From assembly GCA_963828735.1 (NCBI GenBank), contig CAWHFW010000005.1, positions 1,952,001 through 2,016,000 on the forward strand: a stretch of DNA of 64,000 nt, in the 5' to 3' direction. The notes beneath the pieces are model-generated. The model was not told where the DNA came from, ran no database searches, and saw only the letters and a list, made by a program, of their open reading frames with translations. The position numbers were made by a program, and so were the translations under genes. Below, piece after piece: positions 47,502 to 57,081 of this stretch. Origin of the DNA: an uncultured Gemmatimonadales bacterium. Its GTDB lineage: Bacteria; Gemmatimonadota; Gemmatimonadetes; Gemmatimonadales; GWC2-71-9. Each line of letters begins with the position of its first letter. The stretch's first letter is position 1.

Positions 47502-48479
47502 TCAGAGGAGTTGCCACAGGTACGCGGCCGCGCCGGCGAGCCCGACGCCGGCCACGAGCATGCCGGCGCAGCCCTTCTTGCCGGCGCCCGCCGGCGCCGC
47601 GGCCGCCGTTGGGGGCGGCGCCGCCGGCGTGGCCGGGCGCGCCGGCTCGAGACCCGCCAGCGCCTTCGCGAATTCGTCGGCCGTCGCGTACCGCTCGGCC
47701 GGATCCTTGGCGAGCGAGCGGACGATCGCGGCTTCCATGTGCTCGGGAATCGAGATCATCGGACGGAGTGGCCGGGGCGGACCCATGAACCGCCGCATGA
47801 GCGTGGCCTGCGGGTTCGGGCCCTTGAACGGCGGCTCGCCCGCCAGCATCTCGTACAGCACGCAGCCGAGGGCGAAGATGTCCGAGCGACCGTCGATCGC
47901 CTTGTCGCCACTCGCCTGCTCGGGGCTCATGTAGGTCGGCGTCCCGACGATCATGCCGGTCGCGGTGAGCTTCTCGGCCATCTCGCTCACGGCGCGCGCC
48001 ACGCCGAAGTCGGCCACCAGCACCTGGTCGCCCGAGAGCAAGATGTTGTCCGGCTTGATGTCGCGGTGGACCACGCCCTGCGCGTGGGCGTAGGTCAGGG
48101 CGCTCGCCGTCGCCAGCGCGATGCGGAGCGCTTCGGCCGGCGTGAACTGGTGCTCCCGCGTCAGCCGCTCGTAGACGTTCTCGCCCTCGACCAGCGGCAT
48201 GGTGAACCAGAGCTGGCCGCTCGGAGTCTCGCCGGAATCGAGGATGCTGAGGATGTTGGGGTGCTGGAGGCGCGCGGCCACGCGGATCTCGCGCTTGAAC
48301 CGGTCGGCGCCGACCGTCGAGGCGAGCTCGGCGTGCAGCACCTTGAGCGCCACCTGGCGGTTCAGCTGGAGGTCCTGCGCGAGCACGACGCTGGCCATGC
48401 CGCCGCGGCCGAGGTCGCGGTCGAGCGTGTAGCGCTCGCCGAGCGCGGCCTGCATCAGCTCGCGGAGCTCGGGCTTCAT
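47502..48479 (-). CDS. Ser/Thr protein kinase (kinase domain plus C-terminal TM only)
   Basis: LGRGGM, VALK, HRDIKPDN, DFG, GTPTYMSPEQ; hydrophobic tail. Confidence 0.9.
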   Translation of the reverse strand: MKPELRELMQAALGERYTLDRDLGRGGMASVVLAQDLQLNRQVALKVLHAELASTVGADRFKREIRVAARLQHPNILSILDSGETPSGQLWFTMPLVEGENVYERLTREHQFTPAEALRIALATASALTYAHAQGVVHRDIKPDNILLSGDQVLVADFGVARAVSEMAEKLTATGMIVGTPTYMSPEQASGDKAIDGRSDIFALGCVLYEMLAGEPPFKGPNPQATLMRRFMGPPRPLRPMISIPEHMEAAIVRSLAKDPAERYATADEFAKALAGLEPARPATPAAPPPTAAAAPAGAGKKGCAGMLVAGVGLAGAAAYLWQLL

Positions 48480-51178
48480 GGCGTGGCGGCCACCAGTTTC
48501 TGGAAGCGAGGGTTGGCGCGCAGCGGGTCGAACGCAGGGTCGATCCTGAGCCACCCGGGCGAGAGGTAATACGGAATCTTGAGCAGCGGCTCGAGCTGGT
48601 CGAGCGCCTTCTCCGGCTCGCCGACCAGGATGTAGATCCGTGCGAGCTGGTGCTGGAAGTACGGGCCGTTGGTGGCGTTCAGCCGCACCGGCATCAGGGC
48701 GACACCACGCTCGCCCTCGGCGATGGCCTGGGCCTTGCGGCCCAGGTACGCGAGCGCGGTGCCCATATAGACATGCAAGCCGGCATCCTCCGGTGTGCTC
48801 CGAAGCTGCTCCTCCATCGCGATTCTGGCCGAATCCGCGTACGCGCGCGTGTGCGCCTGATCTCCCCGCAGCGCGTAGGTTCCGGCCAGTGCCAGGCCCC
48901 ACGCACCCCGGTCGTCGTCGAATTGTCCCGGACCCAGCCGCAACAGGAGTGCCTGCTGCTCGTCACTGAGGACCCAGTAGAGCTCATAATAGGTCGCGAA
49001 GTAGGCCACCAGCGCGGCGGGCTCGATGGCGGTTGGGGCGTGCTGCACCTCGGCTCTCGCGGCGTCGAGGTCACCCTCACCCAGGAAGGCCTGCACCTTA
49101 TTCTCGAAGTTCTGAACGTTACCGGGAACGAGCGCGAGCGCCCGGTCCGCCGCCTGCCGCGCCTCGGGCCATTTCCGCTGGAATAAGAGGGCCTGGGCAA
49201 AGACGGTGGCGATGGTGGCGGAGCGGGGATCGAGTGTCTGCGCCTCCCGCAGGTGAACCAGTGCTGAATCCCAGCGGCCGAGCGCCTGCTCCGCGAGGCC
49301 TCTCCCGCGCAGCAAGTCGGCGTTGGCGGGGGCCTTCGTCTGGCCCTTGGCGTACTCGTCGAGGGCACGGGAATTGTCGGCCACGGCCCGGCGATAATAG
49401 TCACCGAGGGCCACATGGCTCTCCGGCCGGTCGGGGGCCAGCGCCAAAGCGCGCTGCGCGGCCGCCAGGGAGCGCGACGCGAGCGCCGGTGTCGGAGTCG
49501 CGAGGCTGTACAGAAACGAGGCCGACTGAGACAGCCGCGCCCAGGCGACCGCGAAGGTCGTATCCAACGCGACCGCCTGCTCGAACTGGCCGAGCGCCTG
49601 GCGCTGCGACGTTGGATCGCCCCCGCGCGAGTAGGCTTCCACGCCTTTGAGGTACGCGTCGTACGCCGCCAGGTTGCGGGTTGGTTTTTCGGCGAGCTGC
49701 TGCTGGACCCCGGCGCCCAGCGCGACGTCGAGCTCGTGAGCCACCCGTCCTGCGATGTCCGCCTGAACCTGGAACACGTCGGTGAGCGAGGCGTCGAACG
49801 GCTGCTGCCACTTGGTGGTCGGCGGACTGCCCTGCGCCACCTGGACCAGCTCCGGGCTCACCCGCACGCGGCTCTCGCCGCCCGCGCGCTTCTCCCAGCG
49901 GATCTTGCCGATGAGGAGGTACTGCACCCCCAGCTCCTGCGCGATCTGCTGGGGCGACTTGGTCGAGCGCTTGTACTGCCCCGCGCTGCTGCCGGCGATC
50001 ACCTGCAGGCCGGGGAGCGTCGCCAGCTTGCCGCGGACCTCGTCCGTGATGCCGTCGGCGAAGTACTCGTCGCTCGCGTCTCCCAGGTTCTCGAACGGGA
50101 TCACCGCGAGCAGCTTGACCGCACCCGGGCCCGTCGGCTCGACGCCGCCATGGGAGCGGAGCCAGCCGAACAGCACGCCGAGGCCGAGCAGGAAGCCGAG
50201 ACCGAGGGCCAGAGCGACGGGGCGCTGGAACGAACGTGTCCGGGCGCGTGATGGGGCCACCGCGGTATGGTCCGCCACCATGCGCTGCGTCGGCTGCTGC
50301 GGCTGGCTCGTGCTCGTGGCACCTGGGGCGGTGACGACCGGGGCCACGCTCTCGAGTGCCCGCGCGAACTCCGCCGCCGTGGCGAAGCGATCGGCGGGAG
50401 CCTTGGCCAGCGCCCGGTCCACCGCCTGAGCGACGGCGTCCGGCACGGTCTCGCGGGTCTGGCGCAGCGGGCGCGGCGCCTCGGTGAGGCGCCGCGCGAT
50501 CATCGCCTGCGCCGTCGGCGCCGCGAACGGCGGCTCGCCCGCCAGCATCTCGTACAGCACCGTGCCGAGGCTGTAGATGTCGGTCCGGGCATCGAGCGCC
50601 TTGTCGCCGACCGCCTGCTCGGGGCTCATGTAGGCCGGGGTGCCGACCGACATGCCGGTCTCGGTAAGCCGCGGCTCGCCGCCGCCGTCGAGCGCGCGGG
50701 CGATGCCGAAGTCCGCCACCAGCGCCTGCCCGTCCACCAGCAGGATGTTCTCCGGCTTCACGTCGCGGTGCACGACGCCCTGCCGGTGGGCGAAGTCGAG
50801 CGCCAGCGCTGCCTCGCGGGTGAGGCGCACGGCGTCGGCCAGCGGGAGCTGGCGCTCGCGCACCAGCCGGGCGCGCAGCGACTCGCCGTCGATGTACGGC
50901 ATCGTGAACCAGAGCTGGCCGGCCGACTCGCCCGAGTCGAGCACGCTCATGATGTGGGGATGCTGCAGGCGCGCCGCGAGCTTGATCTCGCGCAAGAACC
51001 GCTCGGGGCCGAGCGACGCGGCGAGCTCGGGATGGAGCACCTTGAGGGCGACGGGGCGGTCGTGCTTGAGGTCCTGGGCCAAGTAGACCGTGGCCATGCC
51101 GCCGCGGCCCAGCTCGCGATCGAGCCGGTAGCGATCGCCGAGCGCCGCCTGGAGCGGCTCGGGAAGCTGAGGCGTCAC
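48476..51178 (-). CDS. Ser/Thr kinase - TM - TolB-like - TPR protein
   Basis: GTG start overlapping the upstream stop; HRDVKPEN, DFG; TM LALGLGFLLGLGVLFGWL; AVIPFENL..EYFADG; TPR-like helices. Confidence 0.92.
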   Translation of the reverse strand: MTPQLPEPLQAALGDRYRLDRELGRGGMATVYLAQDLKHDRPVALKVLHPELAASLGPERFLREIKLAARLQHPHIMSVLDSGESAGQLWFTMPYIDGESLRARLVRERQLPLADAVRLTREAALALDFAHRQGVVHRDVKPENILLVDGQALVADFGIARALDGGGEPRLTETGMSVGTPAYMSPEQAVGDKALDARTDIYSLGTVLYEMLAGEPPFAAPTAQAMIARRLTEAPRPLRQTRETVPDAVAQAVDRALAKAPADRFATAAEFARALESVAPVVTAPGATSTSQPQQPTQRMVADHTAVAPSRARTRSFQRPVALALGLGFLLGLGVLFGWLRSHGGVEPTGPGAVKLLAVIPFENLGDASDEYFADGITDEVRGKLATLPGLQVIAGSSAGQYKRSTKSPQQIAQELGVQYLLIGKIRWEKRAGGESRVRVSPELVQVAQGSPPTTKWQQPFDASLTDVFQVQADIAGRVAHELDVALGAGVQQQLAEKPTRNLAAYDAYLKGVEAYSRGGDPTSQRQALGQFEQAVALDTTFAVAWARLSQSASFLYSLATPTPALASRSLAAAQRALALAPDRPESHVALGDYYRRAVADNSRALDEYAKGQTKAPANADLLRGRGLAEQALGRWDSALVHLREAQTLDPRSATIATVFAQALLFQRKWPEARQAADRALALVPGNVQNFENKVQAFLGEGDLDAARAEVQHAPTAIEPAALVAYFATYYELYWVLSDEQQALLLRLGPGQFDDDRGAWGLALAGTYALRGDQAHTRAYADSARIAMEEQLRSTPEDAGLHVYMGTALAYLGRKAQAIAEGERGVALMPVRLNATNGPYFQHQLARIYILVGEPEKALDQLEPLLKIPYYLSPGWLRIDPAFDPLRANPRFQKLVAATP

Positions 51179-53877
51179 CGCGTGCCCTCGACCAGTTTCT
51201 GGAAGCGGGGGTTCTTGCGGAGCGGGTCGAACGCGGGGTCGATCTTGAGCCATGCGGGCGAGAGGTAGTACGGAATCTTGAGCAGCGGCTCGAGCTGGTC
51301 GAGCGCCTTGTCCGGCTCGCCGACCAGGATGTAGATCCGCGCGAGCTGGTGCTGGATGTAGGCGCCCTGATACGCGTCCTTCGAGATCGGCAGCTTCTCG
51401 ACCGCGAGCTTGCCCTGGCGAATCGCGTCGTCTCTGCGCCCAGCGTACGCGAGCACCGTCCCCTGCAGGACATACAGCTGCGGGTTGTCCGGCGTCGCCT
51501 TGATCTGCTCCTCGAACGCCGACACCGCCGAGTCCGCGTAGGCGTGTGCCCGGCCATGGTCGCCCCGAAGCGCGTACGTGGCCGCGAGGGCGCTGCCCCA
51601 CGCGCCGCGATCGTCGTCGAACGCCGACGGCGGGAGGCGGAGCAGCAGCCGCTGCTGGTTGTCGTCGAGCACCCAGAACAGATCCCAGTAGGTCGCAAGG
51701 TTCGCGACGAGGGTCGTCGGTTCGACCTCCGCTGGAACCTTGCGGATCACGTCGCGCGCGCCGGCAAGGTCGCCTTGCGCGAGACGGACCATGGCTCTGC
51801 CCGTGTACAGCAGCAGCGTGGCGGGGGAGATGGTCAGCCCGCGAGCGAATGCGGCATCCGCCTCCGGGTAGCGCCGGAGCCAGAGCAGGGCGATGCCCTG
51901 GCGGCGGGCGTTGAGTACCGAGCGTGGATCGACGGCGTTGGCCTTGGTGTAGCGCTCGGCGGAGGCCTGCCAGTGCCCGAGGCTCTGCTCTACCCGGCCG
52001 GTGGCGCTCAGCAGCTCCGCGTTGTCGGGTGCCTTCTCGAGCCCGAGCTCGTACGCCGTGAGCGCCGCGGTCGCATCGCTGCGAACGAATTGCTGGTAGT
52101 CTCCGAGGGCGAGCTGGATCTCCGGACGTTCAGGGGCCAACCGTCGGGCGCGCTCCGCGGCGTCCCGTGTCGCGTCGGCACCCTCAGGCGTCGGCGTGCC
52201 CACGTTGTAGAAGGAAGAGTGCGCCCGCGAGAGCTGCACCCAGGCCTGAGTGAACGCCGAGTCGAGCGCTACCGCCTGGCCGTAGTAGTCGATGGCGCGA
52301 CGGATCGCCCGCGGGTCGGCGACCGCGAGTCCTTGGCCGGCCTCCTCACCCTTGAGGAATGCCTCGTACGCCGCGATGTTCTCGGTCGGCTTCTCCGCCA
52401 GCGTCTTCTTCTGCGGCGCGCCCAGCGCCACGTCCAGCGCCTCGGCGACCCGCCCCGCGATGTCGGCCTGCACCTGGAACACGTCGGTGATCGAGGCGTC
52501 GAACGGCTGCTGCCAGGTGGTCGCGGCCGAGCCGACCTGGATCAGCTCGGGACTCACGCGGACGCGATTGCCGGCGGATCCCTTTTCCCATCGCACAGTG
52601 CCGGTAAGCAGGTAATCCACCCCCAGCTCCCGCCCGATCTCCTGTGGCGACTTGCTGGTCTTCTTGTACTGCCCCGAGCTGCTGCGCGCGATCACCTGAA
52701 GCCCGGCAAGCGACGCCAGCTTGCCGCGCACCTCGTCGGTCACGCCGTCCGCGAAATACTCGTCCTCCGCGGCGCCCAGGTTCTCGAACGGCAGCACCGC
52801 GAGTCGCTTGGTGCCGGCCGGCGCCTCGTCGGCGCGCCCGTGCGAGTGGAGCCAGCCGAACAGCACGCCCAGCCCGAGCACGAAGCCGATCGCCAGCGCG
52901 GCCGTGACGGGGAACCGTCTGTGCCGCGGGCGCACCGGTTGCGTCGTGGTCGGAGCCGCGGCCGGCACGGAAGGCATGGCCGGGGCGGACGTCGTGCGCG
53001 GCGGCTCCGCCGCTCGGATTCCCGACTCCCCCTCGGCGAGGGCCCGCTCGAACTCTCCCGCGCTGCCGAACCGGTCCGCCGGCGACTTGGCGAGCGCGCG
53101 CGCGACCGCCCGCTCGACGCCCACGGGCACGGTCTCCCGACCCTCGCGCAGCGCGCGGGGCGTCTCGGTGAACCGCCGCGCCATGATGGCCTGGGCGGTG
53201 GGTCCGGTGAACGGCGGCTCGCCGGCGAGCATCTCGTACACCACGCAGCCCAGCGAGTAGATGTCGCTCCGATGGTCGATCGCCCGCTCGCCCGCCGCCT
53301 GCTCGGGGCTCATGTAGGCGGGCGTGCCGAGCGTGGTGCCGGTCTCCGTGAGCTGACTCTCGGTCGGTCCGGCCAGCGCGCGGGCGATCCCGAAGTCGGC
53401 CACCAGCGCGTGGTTGGCGGAGAGCAGGATGTTCTCCGGCTTGATGTCGCGGTGGACGATGCCGTGTCGGTGCGCGTACTCGAGCGCGTCTGCTGCCTCG
53501 CGCCCGATCCGGAGCGCGTCCTCGAGGGGCAGCTGCCGCTCGCGCACCAGCCGGTCGCGCAGCGACTCGCCGTCGACGAACGGCATCGCGAACCAGAGCA
53601 CGGGCGGCGTGGACGCGTCGCCGGGCACCTCACCCGAGTCGTGGATCGAGAGGATGTGGGGATGCTGGAGGCGGGCCGCCAAGCGGATCTCGCGCTGAAA
53701 CCGCTCGGGGCCCATCGAGGCGGCGAGCTCCGAGTGCAGGACCTTGAGCGCCACCGGCCGGTCGTGCCGGAGGTCGTGCGCCAGGTAAACGGTGGCCATG
53801 CCCCCACGCCCCAGCTCCCGCTCGACCCGATACCGGTCGGCGAGTGCGGTCTGGAGCGCGGTGCGGAGATCGGCCAC
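51175..53877 (-). CDS. Ser/Thr kinase - TM - TolB-like - TPR protein
   Basis: Same architecture; HRDIKPEN, DFG, AVLPFENL. Confidence 0.92.
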   Translation of the reverse strand: MADLRTALQTALADRYRVERELGRGGMATVYLAHDLRHDRPVALKVLHSELAASMGPERFQREIRLAARLQHPHILSIHDSGEVPGDASTPPVLWFAMPFVDGESLRDRLVRERQLPLEDALRIGREAADALEYAHRHGIVHRDIKPENILLSANHALVADFGIARALAGPTESQLTETGTTLGTPAYMSPEQAAGERAIDHRSDIYSLGCVVYEMLAGEPPFTGPTAQAIMARRFTETPRALREGRETVPVGVERAVARALAKSPADRFGSAGEFERALAEGESGIRAAEPPRTTSAPAMPSVPAAAPTTTQPVRPRHRRFPVTAALAIGFVLGLGVLFGWLHSHGRADEAPAGTKRLAVLPFENLGAAEDEYFADGVTDEVRGKLASLAGLQVIARSSSGQYKKTSKSPQEIGRELGVDYLLTGTVRWEKGSAGNRVRVSPELIQVGSAATTWQQPFDASITDVFQVQADIAGRVAEALDVALGAPQKKTLAEKPTENIAAYEAFLKGEEAGQGLAVADPRAIRRAIDYYGQAVALDSAFTQAWVQLSRAHSSFYNVGTPTPEGADATRDAAERARRLAPERPEIQLALGDYQQFVRSDATAALTAYELGLEKAPDNAELLSATGRVEQSLGHWQASAERYTKANAVDPRSVLNARRQGIALLWLRRYPEADAAFARGLTISPATLLLYTGRAMVRLAQGDLAGARDVIRKVPAEVEPTTLVANLATYWDLFWVLDDNQQRLLLRLPPSAFDDDRGAWGSALAATYALRGDHGRAHAYADSAVSAFEEQIKATPDNPQLYVLQGTVLAYAGRRDDAIRQGKLAVEKLPISKDAYQGAYIQHQLARIYILVGEPDKALDQLEPLLKIPYYLSPAWLKIDPAFDPLRKNPRFQKLVEGTR

Positions 53878-53882
53878 GGTCC

Positions 53883-54410
53883 CTATTTCTCGATCGGCTT
53901 GAACGAGAACTTCTGCCCGCCCACCGACGCCTCGTACATGAGCCCGCCCTTCGCCATCGTGACGATGGCCACGCCGTTCCGGTAGGCGAGGTCCGCCGAC
54001 GCGCGGGCCGTGACCGCGATGGCCGAGGCCTGCGCGTCGAGCTTGAGATGCCCGAGCTTGAAGTTGTCCAGCGCCTGTTTGGTCTGGAAGAATACGATCT
54101 CGCTGTACGCCTGCCCGCCGAACTGGAAGCCGACGGTCACCTGGGTGAGGCTCGACTTGCCGATCAGCTTGCCACCGTGATACACCCAGCCGTTGCCGTG
54201 CGCGCCGCCGATGCCGAGGCCGCCCTTGCCGACGGTGGGGTAGACGGCGTAGCCGACCGCATCGGCGAAGATCTTCTCCATGCCGGGGTCCTTCGCCTTG
54301 ACCTTGGCGATGACGGGCGGGACGTCGTCCTGCGCCCGCGCGACGGCTGGGGCGGCGGCGACAAGCGCGACTGTGAACATCGACGTGGTGAGCCAGAGCA
54401 TCAGCCGCAT
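53883..54410 (-). CDS. Secreted YSC84/SYLF lipid-binding domain protein
   Basis: Signal peptide; YPTVGKGGLGIGGAHGNG, GFQFGGQ, GLMYEASVGGQKF. Confidence 0.85.
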   Translation of the reverse strand: MRLMLWLTTSMFTVALVAAAPAVARAQDDVPPVIAKVKAKDPGMEKIFADAVGYAVYPTVGKGGLGIGGAHGNGWVYHGGKLIGKSSLTQVTVGFQFGGQAYSEIVFFQTKQALDNFKLGHLKLDAQASAIAVTARASADLAYRNGVAIVTMAKGGLMYEASVGGQKFSFKPIEK

Positions 54411-54411
54411 A

Positions 54412-57081
54412 TCAGGTGCTCACCGGGCCTTCCACCAGCTTCTGGAACCGCGGATTCTTCCGCAGCGGATCGAACGTCGGATCCACCTTGAGCCAGCCGG
54501 GCGACAGATAGAACGGGATCTTGAGCAGTGGCTCGAGCCGGTCGAGCGCCTTGTCCTGCTCGCCAGCGAGAATGTAGATCCGTACCAGCTGCAGCTGATT
54601 GTACGGGCCGCCGTAGGCATCACTCGAGATCGGCGTCAGGGCTAGACCTCGCTCGCCTTCCCGAATCGCGTCGGCCCTCCGGCCCATGTATGCCAGCGCC
54701 ACACCGAGCAATGCGTGGCTCTGCGCATCATTGGGTGTGACCTTCACGATCTCCTCGAAGGCCTGGCGCGCAGAGTCGGCGTACGCCCGGGCGCGCGCCT
54801 GGTCACCACGAAGGGCGTAGGTCCCGGCGAGCGCCAGCCCCCAGGTGCTCCGGTTGTCGTCGAACTGTCTCGGTGTGAGCCTGAGCAGCAGGTCCTGCTG
54901 CGACTTCGTGAGGACCCAGTATAGATCCCAGTAGTTCGCCATGAACGACACCAGGGCGATCGGCTCGGCTTTCCCGGCCGCCGCGATCGCCTGCGCACCG
55001 GCGAGATCACCCTGGGCCAGCTGCACCATCATCCGGTTCTGCAGCAGGCTCAAGTTCCCGGGCGCAATCGCGAGCCCGCGCTCGCTGGCGTCGCGCGCCT
55101 CGGGGTAGCGCTGGAGCCACAGGAGCGTCCGGGCGAGGCGCCGCGCCGGGAGGGCGGAGCGCGGGTCGATCGTCATCGCCCGCCGGAAGTACACCAGTGC
55201 CGAGTCGGCGTGCCCGAGGCTCTGCTGGACGATACCGGTCATGGTGATCAGGTCGGCATTGGCCGGTGCCTGCCGCAGGCCGGCTCCGTACTCTTCCCCC
55301 GCGCGAGTGTAATCGTTCAGGACAAAGTTGTAGTAGTCCCCGAGCGCGAGGTGCGCCTGGACGCCGTCGGGCGCGCTCGCCGCCGCCCGTTGCGCAGCCG
55401 TGAGCGCGGCGGCGGCGGCGCCGCCACCCGTCGACCCGTTGTAGTACAGGATGGAATGGGTTCGCGAGAGTTGGGTCCATGCGGCGGCGAAGGTCGAGTC
55501 CAGCGCCACGGCCTGCTCATAGTAATCCATCGCCTGCCGCAGCTTGCCCGGGTCACTATCGCCCAATCGTTGCCCTGCCTCCTCGCCCTTCAGGAACGCG
55601 TCGTAGGCCTCCAGGTTCTGGGTCGGCTTCTGCGCCAGCGCCTGACGCTCGCCCGCGCCCAGCGCCACGTTGAGCGCCTCGGCCACGTTGCCCGCGATGT
55701 CGGCCTGGACTTGGAACACGTCGGTGATGGCGGCATTGAACGGCTGCTGCCAGCGGGCGGTGCCGGTCGAGACCTGGATCAGCTCGGGGCTCACCTGCAC
55801 TCGGCTGGTCCCGTCGCTCTTTTCCCAGCGGACCTTGCCGACCACCAGGTACTGGACGCCAAGCTCCTGGCCGATCTGCTGGGGCGTCTTCGACGTGCCC
55901 TTGTACTGGCTGGAGCTGTTGGAGGCGATGACCTCGAGCCCGGGAAGGCCGGTCAGCTTGCCGCGCACAGCGTCGGTCACGCCGTCGGCGAAGTACTCCT
56001 GGTCCGGGCTGCCCACGTTCTCGAACGGCAGCACGGCGACGTACTTGGGGCCCTTGCCCGTGTCCTCGACCGTCCGGTGGCTGCGCTGCCAGAGCAGCAT
56101 GCCCATCGTGGCCGTGACCAGGAGGCCAAGCACGAAGGCGAGCGCGGCGGGCACCCGACGGTGCGGGTGGCGCGAAACTGCGGGAATCGAGACGGTGAGC
56201 GGGGGCGCCGGGGCGGCCGCCGGTGCTGCCGGCGAGGTGGCGGTCCTCGGCCCCGTCTCGAGCGCGCGCGCGAACTCGGCCGCGGTAGTGAACCGGTCCG
56301 CCGGCGCCTTCGCCAGGGCCGTGGCCAGCGCATGCTCGACCGGCTCGGGCACGGTCTCGCGAAGCTCGCGAATGGGACGCGGCGCCTCCATGAGCCGCCG
56401 CGCAATCATCGCCTGCGGCGTGGGTGCGGCGAACGGCACGTCGCCGGCCAGCATCTCGTAGAGGACGAGACCCAGGCTGTAGACGTCGGTGCGCGCATCC
56501 ACGTCCCGCGCGCCGCCTGCCTGCTCCGGGCTCATGTACGCCGGCGTGCCCACCGCGAGCCCGGTATTGGTCAGCCGGTCGGTCGATTCGCCTAGCGCCC
56601 GCGCGATACCGAAGTCCGCGACCAGCGCATGCCCTTCCGACACCAGGATGTTCTCCGGCTTGATGTCGCGGTGGATCACGCCGTGGCGATGGGCGTAGTC
56701 CAGGGCGTCCGCCGCCTCGCGCGTGATCCGGAGCGCCACCTCCACCGGCAGCTGTTTCTCGCGGTCCAGCTTCGCCCGCAGCGACTCCCCCTCGACGAAC
56801 GGCATCGTGAACCAGAGCCGGCCGTCGGTCTCGCCCGAGTCGTATACGGAGAGGACGTGAGGGTGCTGGAGCCGCGCGGCCAGCCGGATCTCGCGCTGGA
56901 ACCGTTCCGGCCCCATGCTCGCCGCCAGCTCGGGGTGGAGAACCTTGAGCGCCACCGGCCGGTCGTGCTTGAGGTCCTGCGCCAGGAAAACCGTGGCCAT
57001 GCCGCCGCGCCCGAGCTCGCGCTCGATTCGGTAGCGCTCCGCCAGGCCGCGCTGGAGCTGCGCGCGCAGGATGGCGCTCAC
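54412..57081 (-). CDS. Ser/Thr kinase - TM - TolB-like - TPR protein
   Basis: GTG start at 57081 overlapping the GGDEF-EAL stop; HRDIKPEN, DFG, AVLPFENV. Confidence 0.92.
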   Translation of the reverse strand: MSAILRAQLQRGLAERYRIERELGRGGMATVFLAQDLKHDRPVALKVLHPELAASMGPERFQREIRLAARLQHPHVLSVYDSGETDGRLWFTMPFVEGESLRAKLDREKQLPVEVALRITREAADALDYAHRHGVIHRDIKPENILVSEGHALVADFGIARALGESTDRLTNTGLAVGTPAYMSPEQAGGARDVDARTDVYSLGLVLYEMLAGDVPFAAPTPQAMIARRLMEAPRPIRELRETVPEPVEHALATALAKAPADRFTTAAEFARALETGPRTATSPAAPAAAPAPPLTVSIPAVSRHPHRRVPAALAFVLGLLVTATMGMLLWQRSHRTVEDTGKGPKYVAVLPFENVGSPDQEYFADGVTDAVRGKLTGLPGLEVIASNSSSQYKGTSKTPQQIGQELGVQYLVVGKVRWEKSDGTSRVQVSPELIQVSTGTARWQQPFNAAITDVFQVQADIAGNVAEALNVALGAGERQALAQKPTQNLEAYDAFLKGEEAGQRLGDSDPGKLRQAMDYYEQAVALDSTFAAAWTQLSRTHSILYYNGSTGGGAAAAALTAAQRAAASAPDGVQAHLALGDYYNFVLNDYTRAGEEYGAGLRQAPANADLITMTGIVQQSLGHADSALVYFRRAMTIDPRSALPARRLARTLLWLQRYPEARDASERGLAIAPGNLSLLQNRMMVQLAQGDLAGAQAIAAAGKAEPIALVSFMANYWDLYWVLTKSQQDLLLRLTPRQFDDNRSTWGLALAGTYALRGDQARARAYADSARQAFEEIVKVTPNDAQSHALLGVALAYMGRRADAIREGERGLALTPISSDAYGGPYNQLQLVRIYILAGEQDKALDRLEPLLKIPFYLSPGWLKVDPTFDPLRKNPRFQKLVEGPVST

